Assembly: GCA_040756875.1 (NCBI GenBank)
Contig: JBFLYH010000001.1
Coordinates: 1,276,878 to 1,340,877, forward strand
DNA length: 64,000 nt
Direction of reading: 5' to 3'
Origin: a candidate division FCPU426 bacterium
Lineage (GTDB): Bacteria > Oederibacteriota > JAAXVQ01 > JAUVAV01
Shown here: piece after piece, positions 58,105-64,000 of the stretch
Numbering within the stretch: the stretch's first letter is position 1
Layout: each line of letters opens with the position of its first letter
Notes under the pieces: generated by a model
Seen by the model: the letters and a program-made list of their open reading frames with translations, nothing else
What the model was told of the DNA's origin: nothing
Databases searched by the model: none
Program-made: the position numbers and the translations under genes

Positions 58105-58452
58105 TTATCCAGGCGGCCAGCTGAATTTTCTGCCCCCCAGCAAATGCAAGTGCAAGTGATAGACCTCCTGGCCCGCATCCCCGCGGCAATTGACTACCAG
58201 GCGGTATCCTGAATCCAAGCCCTGATCCGAAGCAATGCGGTTGGCGGCCAGGATCAACCGCCCCAGCAACGGGTTTTGGCTTGGGGTCACATCCGCCACA
58301 GTGGATATGTGCTCCTTGGGAATAACCAGAACATGCACCGGAGCCTGGGGCTTGATGTCCGCGAAAGCCAGAACCGCCTCGTCTTCGTACAGCTTTTTAG
58401 CCGGAATTTCACCCTTCACGATGCGGCAAAAAAGGCATTGAGGGTCGTGCAT
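58105..58452 (-). CDS. histidine triad nucleotide-binding protein (HinT family)
   Basis: CLFC.I, DI.PQAP.H.LVIP, HLHLHLLGG. Confidence 0.93.
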   Translation of the reverse strand: MHDPQCLFCRIVKGEIPAKKLYEDEAVLAFADIKPQAPVHVLVIPKEHISTVADVTPSQNPLLGRLILAANRIASDQGLDSGYRLVVNCRGDAGQEVYHLHLHLLGGRKFSWPPG

Positions 58453-58513
58453 GTGGCCTCCACCAGGCTGCCTAATTACAACTTCTCTTATAATCGCCTG
58501 GCAAGAATGATAA

Positions 58514-60865
58514 TTAAAAATTCAAATTGTACTGCAGGTTGGCCACCAGTTCCTGATAACTGTTGGCATCCTGCAACTTGTCCCCGTAACCGATGCTCGA
58601 AAGCGTCAATCCCAGCGAATGGCCGGAACGGATGTAATACGTCCCGTACAGCGCCACCGTGGAAAGCAGGTCATCGACCAGCGTCAGGTCATCCTTGCCG
58701 GCCAGATTCTCCCAACTCAGCCCCAGATCCAGCGTATTAGGAACCGCCTTCCAGTTCCCCCTCAGACTGTACAGGGAATAATCCAGGATTTGTTTGGTAG
58801 CGCCTGCCGCCTGAATGGCGGTCAACCCCGCCGTGTATCCCGACAGGTCCGTGTAGGTCCGGTTCAGTCCGTAGCCCGCACTTAAGGACCAGGGGCCGAA
58901 GGCATAAATCGCCGACAATTGCAGCGAGCCGGTGGTCAAATCTCCGCTAAGTTTCGTTTGGGCCAAGTCTTGGAAGACGCTGAGCGAATAAGTGAGATTG
59001 GCAAGCAGCTGATTGGGACCGGACGGGATTTGCGACCCAAGCCCGAGGGTGAACACCGACGTGCGGTTGTCGATGATCGGGACCGGTTGTGAGTTGTCCT
59101 GCTGAGTGTTGACTGAATAGCCCAAAGAGAGGGTGGAAAGATAGGGCGGCAGGCGGTAATACGCCATGCCGGAAACGAACACCGTATTGGTCGTGCCTGC
59201 GGTTATTGTGGTGTTGGCCGCTTCCAGGTAATAGGTATCGGTTTTCTGGTTGTCCACGTTGTCCTGCCATACATTGAGTTCGCCGAGAATGATCAATTGA
59301 TCGTCGAAAAGGTAGAGACGCGCATTGCTGTCCACGCCCTGCTGGTCGCTGATCAGCCAGGGATTTCCGAGGGAAACAAACTTGGAGCCGGTGCGCTTGT
59401 ATTCCACCTCGACGGCACTGCGATTGTTCCATTCCCACCGCATCCCCCCCCGGTAGGCATCCCCCAAGGAGACGGTGAAAAAATTCATATTTTGATCGTA
59501 ATACCCCATGCCATATTCCCCGTAAAACAAGCTGGACAGGCTGGGCAGATAATTGATTTTGATATGGCCTTCGGCCGACCCGACGATGTTGTTTTCCGGC
59601 AGGGTGGAAACAGGCGTCTTGAGGGATTGCGCATTGTCCAAAACTGCGTCGGCGTTGAGGGAAAAACCGATTCCGGACCACACATCGGAAAGCCAGCGAA
59701 ACCCCGTGGCCAGGCGCTCAAAAGTACCGGCCGTGTCCGGCTCCCTGCCCTCGATGGGCACGCGGTTCCAACCGCCTGCCAGATGCAGTTCCGAGTGCGC
59801 CTGGCTGGCATCCCCCATGATCCAACGCAGGTACCCGCCGCGCACAAAGCAATTGTTCAGGGTGAAATCCGTGAAAATCGGATAAGTATCTCCCAGGGAT
59901 ACGGACAGGGCCGGGTTGACGACATCCAACCTGAAACGATTGACCGGCTGGCGGCCGGGCGCCTCTTCGGAGGTCAGATAACCGGTGCCCAAAAATTGCC
60001 AGGCTTCGGACCCGCCTGAAAAATTCAAATTCACACGGTGCAGCCAGCCTTCAGGCTGGACCAAATACAGGGTGTCCTGGGGTTTTTTCCCCAGCGAGGT
60101 ATCCTGCAACTCAACCCGCAAATTGCCGCGGAAAGCGGCAAGCTTGGCCGCCGCTTCTTTTTCAGCCTTCCAGGCTGCCGCTGCCTCGGGCGTGGAAATG
60201 GTGAAGGACCACGTCTTGGATTTGGTCTCCTGCCCTTCTGTGTTTCGAACGACGACCTGCAGGCCGTGCAGGCCGGGCGTCAGGCCGGCAGGAGGCACAA
60301 ACGTCAGCAGAGAGGGATTTTTCTCCACAGAGGCGGTCACATCCGCCTCGTCGAAGATGACTTTGAGGGATTTCAGGTCGGTCTGGCTCGTCCCGGGATC
60401 GATGCGGACCACGACCATGGCTTCTTCGGCGGTCAGGGTGGCGCCGTCCTCAGGGAGCAGGAGTTCCAGCGTAGGCCCCACCGTCGCCCGTCGCACCAAG
60501 ACCCGGTGGGGGGCGGTGGTGGGATTCAACTGCGGTGAGGTGCCGCGTTCTCCGGCCTGGTTGCGGGCTTCCAGGTAGTATTCCAGGCCTTCTTCCGTAA
60601 CGCTCGAACCCGGAATCTGGGCGCTATAGCTGACGCCTGCGCCTTGCATGATTTCTTCGCGATAGCTCAAGCCGCCGATGGGGCGGTAGTACAGTTTCAC
60701 TTGTACGATCGGTGAGGCGGCGTCCGTGATGGTCGCGGACAGCGGCAGGGGCTTTCCAGCCTCCGCTTCAGTCGGCGGTTGGTGTACCAGCACCGGCACG
60801 GCCAAGGCCGAGGCCGGTAGCAATCCAAGGGTCAAAAGCAGCAGGGTGCAGGCCTGGATTCGCAT
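58514..60865 (-). CDS. outer-membrane beta-barrel protein with N-terminal Ig-like domains
   Basis: Signal peptide; H.PP...LYYR...IP...GLEYY.EA Ig-like domain; alternating amphipathic strands; C-terminal YNLNF. Confidence 0.7.
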   Translation of the reverse strand: MRIQACTLLLLTLGLLPASALAVPVLVHQPPTEAEAGKPLPLSATITDAASPIVQVKLYYRPIGGLSYREEIMQGAGVSYSAQIPGSSVTEEGLEYYLEARNQAGERGTSPQLNPTTAPHRVLVRRATVGPTLELLLPEDGATLTAEEAMVVVRIDPGTSQTDLKSLKVIFDEADVTASVEKNPSLLTFVPPAGLTPGLHGLQVVVRNTEGQETKSKTWSFTISTPEAAAAWKAEKEAAAKLAAFRGNLRVELQDTSLGKKPQDTLYLVQPEGWLHRVNLNFSGGSEAWQFLGTGYLTSEEAPGRQPVNRFRLDVVNPALSVSLGDTYPIFTDFTLNNCFVRGGYLRWIMGDASQAHSELHLAGGWNRVPIEGREPDTAGTFERLATGFRWLSDVWSGIGFSLNADAVLDNAQSLKTPVSTLPENNIVGSAEGHIKINYLPSLSSLFYGEYGMGYYDQNMNFFTVSLGDAYRGGMRWEWNNRSAVEVEYKRTGSKFVSLGNPWLISDQQGVDSNARLYLFDDQLIILGELNVWQDNVDNQKTDTYYLEAANTTITAGTTNTVFVSGMAYYRLPPYLSTLSLGYSVNTQQDNSQPVPIIDNRTSVFTLGLGSQIPSGPNQLLANLTYSLSVFQDLAQTKLSGDLTTGSLQLSAIYAFGPWSLSAGYGLNRTYTDLSGYTAGLTAIQAAGATKQILDYSLYSLRGNWKAVPNTLDLGLSWENLAGKDDLTLVDDLLSTVALYGTYYIRSGHSLGLTLSSIGYGDKLQDANSYQELVANLQYNLNF

Positions 60866-60867
60866 GC

Positions 60868-61593
60868 TTACTGACCCTGCTGGTATTTAAGGTTGAGTTG
60901 ATACTCCTTCCCGTCTTTGTCGCGAACCGTGGTTTTCAAGGTCCGGACCGAGGGATTGTCCACCACTGATTCAAACCACCGGGGCAGGTCCTCCAGGTTG
61001 ATCTTTTCAGGTTCCGAGGGGCCGGAGCCGGGTCCGGCCGTGCTTCGGAAAGACGGCCCCACCAACTGCTGGCCTTGGTCGTTGTAGAACCTGATCAAGC
61101 CATCCCACACCAGCAACTGGACTAAAAGCTTCTCCAAAACTTTCAACTCCAGCTCCGTGCCTTTGATTGCGGCCACGGCCGAGGGCGTTTCGATCTCCAA
61201 CCCGGTGTCCTGTTTCTTGATTTTGGCCCATAAGTGTCCGATCAGCAACTTCAACCGGTTTTGTTTGTCTTTGTTTTTAGGCTTGAGCTCCAGCGTCGTG
61301 TTTTTATTCAGCCTCACCACACTTCCGTCGTTGAGCATGATCTGTACCTGGGCGTCCAGGGTCTTGACCACATCCCGTTCCAGCAACTGCATGCCGCGCT
61401 TCACGGGTTTAATTTCCTTGCCATCGCGTTCAATGCTGGTCATGGGGCCGAAGGAAACGTAGATCACCGCTCCTACGGCATTTTGGTCATCAGGCGACGG
61501 TACTGCATCCGTCTGACGCGGAAGTAAAATAGCGGCCACCATCGCCGTCATTATAATTCCTGCGCTAAAGAACCGAGTCCAAGTAGTATGCAT
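60868..61593 (-). CDS. FecR-domain protein
   Basis: L...D.VKT......DGS.V.L..NT.L, L..G.LW, ETPSAVAAIKGT. Start at ATG after AGGGGGA. Confidence 0.85.
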   Translation of the reverse strand: MHTTWTRFFSAGIIMTAMVAAILLPRQTDAVPSPDDQNAVGAVIYVSFGPMTSIERDGKEIKPVKRGMQLLERDVVKTLDAQVQIMLNDGSVVRLNKNTTLELKPKNKDKQNRLKLLIGHLWAKIKKQDTGLEIETPSAVAAIKGTELELKVLEKLLVQLLVWDGLIRFYNDQGQQLVGPSFRSTAGPGSGPSEPEKINLEDLPRWFESVVDNPSVRTLKTTVRDKDGKEYQLNLKYQQGQ

Positions 61594-61612
61594 GAGCGTG
61601 TCCCCCTCTGGC

Positions 61613-62632
61613 TTATTCGAGCTCAAAGCTCGTGATCTTGGCCGAGCCGTCGCGCAACTGGCGCAGAAGTTCGGCCAAATCCGGGTGGGTGGTCTCCACG
61701 CCGACGGGTTGATAGAGTTTCAAGTCTGCAAACAAGCCCGCATCCGGAACGCTTTGCCGCAGCGTGCGGTCGACTTCCGGAGGGGTCACTGCCGTGCTGA
61801 TCCGCGTGGCACTGTTGATCCTGAACCAGGCCGGAATGGACTTGCCGTCCATTCCGCCCACCGGGCTGCCGAATTCATCGTAAGCAATTACCTGCCAGTA
61901 GTATTTTTCCCCGTTTTCCAGAGTACGGGCCGAAGGAGGATAAAGGATCTGGGTCCCGGCTAAACGGCCGCTGCGCCAGTAAATATTGACTTGGGGATCC
62001 TGGTTGGGACTTACCAGCACTTCGTAGGTTTTGGCATTGCGGCTGCCCGGGCTCCAGACCAGGTTGGGCAGGAGGGTCGAGATGTCCAAATCTTTGGGAT
62101 AAATCAGGAGCGGAGGCAGGTTCTGGGCGGCCGGCGAGGCGAAGAGTGCGAGACGGATACGATAAGAGGGGCCGGCCGGATTTTCTGGCGTCAGCACAAG
62201 GTAAAAATCGCCTTTCAGGATGGGCGAGTCGCCCCGGAGCACGGCGTCCAGATTCTGGGCGGAAACGTAATCATCATTGAAATTGACCCGGTTGCCGATC
62301 GTGCCGATCTGGTCCGCGGTAAACACATTATGTCCCACTCGCAACGGGGTGGTAGTCTGGAAAACGGTGTCCGCCACGCGGGTTTTGCCGTCCCAAATTT
62401 CCAAACGGAAACGGAAGGCGCTTGCCACCTGGTCTGAAGAGACATCCATCAGAAAAACGCGCGGAGAGACCATGGGCACGTTGGTCCTGTTTTCCTGGTA
62501 GGCTTTGTAGATCTCCAGCATCACGTGCGGACTCACTGCCACGTTGACGATCCGGACATCCGCCTTGGCCGGTACAGCGGCCAGACTGAACAGGCATACA
62601 ACGATCCATCCAATACGACCTATGCTTTTCAT
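61613..62632 (-). CDS. secreted protein with Ig/FN3-like domain
   Basis: Signal peptide (AKA-D); P.LIYP......P.LVWS....YEV.V...YYWQV.A; AAGGAGG RBS. Confidence 0.7.
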   Translation of the reverse strand: MKSIGRIGWIVVCLFSLAAVPAKADVRIVNVAVSPHVMLEIYKAYQENRTNVPMVSPRVFLMDVSSDQVASAFRFRLEIWDGKTRVADTVFQTTTPLRVGHNVFTADQIGTIGNRVNFNDDYVSAQNLDAVLRGDSPILKGDFYLVLTPENPAGPSYRIRLALFASPAAQNLPPLLIYPKDLDISTLLPNLVWSPGSRNAKTYEVLVSPNQDPQVNIYWRSGRLAGTQILYPPSARTLENGEKYYWQVIAYDEFGSPVGGMDGKSIPAWFRINSATRISTAVTPPEVDRTLRQSVPDAGLFADLKLYQPVGVETTHPDLAELLRQLRDGSAKITSFELE

Positions 62633-62726
62633 CTGTTCACCCTCCTTTGGCGTGCTTTGCCGGGCTGTGCGGTTGGAAAAGCGGGATCAAGGCAAAGTGG
62701 ATTCGGGGACGCTTCCCGACCATTTC

Positions 62727-62755
62727 AGTCTAGTATATGGCTCTGTCTTTGTCAA
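62727..62755 (-). promoter_or_regulatory. sigma70 promoter of the Ig-FecR-barrel genes
   Basis: TTGACA-17 bp-TAGACT. Confidence 0.55.
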
Positions 62756-62783
62756 CCGCGGACCAGCATTTTTTCATTTGTTT

Positions 62784-63998
62784 TCAAGCTTTTTTAAGCC
62801 CCTGCACCGCAAAAACCGATATGGATTTGGCCTTGCCTTTTACGGTTATATCCGAAAATGACTGAACCTCTACCAATTCTTTTACGGCCTCATAGGTCGA
62901 CTCAGAAATCAGCAAAAACGCGCTTAAGTCCTTGGTTTTGCTCTCCAGGCGCGAAGCCAGGTTGACCGTATCGCCGATCACGGTATAGCCCATGGCTTGA
63001 TGGGAGCCCATGTTGCCCACAATGGCTTCCCCCGTGTTGATTCCCACGCCGATATTTATAGTCTTGCGGCCCTGCTCCTGCCAACGCTTGTTCAATTTCT
63101 CCAAAGCTTCCCGCATATCCCAGGCCGCGCGCACCGCCCTCGCCGCATCGTCCAGGTGGGCCACCGGTGCGCCGAAAATCGCCATGACCGCATCACCTAT
63201 GAATTTGTCCACCGTGCCATCGTGTTTGAAAATAATGTCAGTCCAGGTTTGGAAATATTCGTTCAGTTTTTCCACCACAGCCTCGGGAGTCAGCTCTTCG
63301 GACAGGGTGGTAAAGCCGCGGATGTCGGAGAATAAGACCGTCACAACTTGCTTGTTGCCGCCCAGCTTGAGTTCAGCATTAGGGTCCTTAACCAGTTCTT
63401 CCACCACCTTAGGCGATACGTAGCGGGAGAACATGCCCTTGATGAAACGGTTATGCCGCTCCTCGGTCACCAGCAGATACACTACCACCATGACAAAGGT
63501 AAGGGTCGTGGCCAGCAGTGGGTTCACCACCGGCACGATCCAACGATAACTGATGAACAGCCAGATGGCGACCAGCAGATATATAGCGACCAGGACAACC
63601 AGGGCGACGAACCCACGAATGGGCTTGAGCTTGATGGTCAATTGGCCGATGAGCAGCGGAAGCAACAGGAAGAGGGCAAATTTAATCCACCCGGGTACAG
63701 GAAATAAAAAACGTTTCTTCAATATCGTATCAAGAATATTGGCGTGGATCTCAACTCCTGTGGTGCGCCCTAGCGAGGAAGTAAACGGGGTTTGGTGATA
63801 GTCCTGGCCTTCTGGAAAAGCCGGGCCGATGAGCACGATTTTGTCTTTAAACACGCCAGCATCAAGGAGGCCGGGAAAAAGGTCTGCTATTTCTCCTTCC
63901 TCTGTATGGTATACATGGACATCTGGCCGCGGGCCGTAGACAGCATAGAATGAAATGATTTTAAAATTGCCGGGGCCACCCCGATAATTGATCAACAT
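62784..63998 (-). CDS. CHASE2-type class III adenylate cyclase (5' end outside the window)
   Basis: INY.G..KDKIVLIG..D...TP..GVEIHAN, three TMs, FSDIRGFT, DKFIGDA, YTVIGDTVNLASRLE. Confidence 0.9.
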   Translation of the reverse strand: MLINYRGGPGNFKIISFYAVYGPRPDVHVYHTEEGEIADLFPGLLDAGVFKDKIVLIGPAFPEGQDYHQTPFTSSLGRTTGVEIHANILDTILKKRFLFPVPGWIKFALFLLLPLLIGQLTIKLKPIRGFVALVVLVAIYLLVAIWLFISYRWIVPVVNPLLATTLTFVMVVVYLLVTEERHNRFIKGMFSRYVSPKVVEELVKDPNAELKLGGNKQVVTVLFSDIRGFTTLSEELTPEAVVEKLNEYFQTWTDIIFKHDGTVDKFIGDAVMAIFGAPVAHLDDAARAVRAAWDMREALEKLNKRWQEQGRKTINIGVGINTGEAIVGNMGSHQAMGYTVIGDTVNLASRLESKTKDLSAFLLISESTYEAVKELVEVQSFSDITVKGKAKSISVFAVQGLKKA

Positions 63999-64000
63999 GT

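Overview
A GC-rich diderm bacterial chromosomal segment, mostly on the minus strand. From left to right: (i) 0.2-5.9 kb, accessory genes (DUF1801 protein, a secreted repeat/HExxH protein, ICMT-family methyltransferase, a helical lipoprotein pair, an SDR). (ii) 6-28 kb, a surface-glycan locus: GT2s, a Wzx flippase, a polyprenol-P-mannose-synthase-like GT2, a GT9, UDP-GlcA decarboxylase, two B12 radical SAM enzymes, two SAM methyltransferases and five polytopic GT-C-like membrane proteins. (iii) 28-47 kb, a type-IX-secretion-like (T9SS-like) module: a PorV-like barrel fused to OmpA, five secreted proteins built as variable head + (TPTxTx)n stalk + FlgD-Ig/T9SS-type C-terminal domain (CTD), an ECF sigma factor whose zinc anti-sigma ends in the same kind of CTD, and a double O-antigen-ligase/TPR protein. 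(iv) 47-58 kb, housekeeping genes: lptB/A/C, an lpxL-like acyltransferase, kdsC, kdsD, tRNA-Val(CAC), tRNA-Ile2(CAU), rpoD-dnaG-rpsU and HIT. (v) 58.5-64 kb, a CHASE2-type adenylate cyclase, an Ig protein, FecR and an outer-membrane barrel. The intergenic spaces hold several families of small palindromic or MITE-like elements, some nested, and one candidate structured RNA. The leading candidate for a new system is the ECF/anti-sigma pair whose anti-sigma carries the same kind of C-terminal domain as the neighbouring cargo proteins. All family calls come from reading motifs by eye; no searches were run. Several start codons were moved from the ORF track using RBS and stop/start overlaps.
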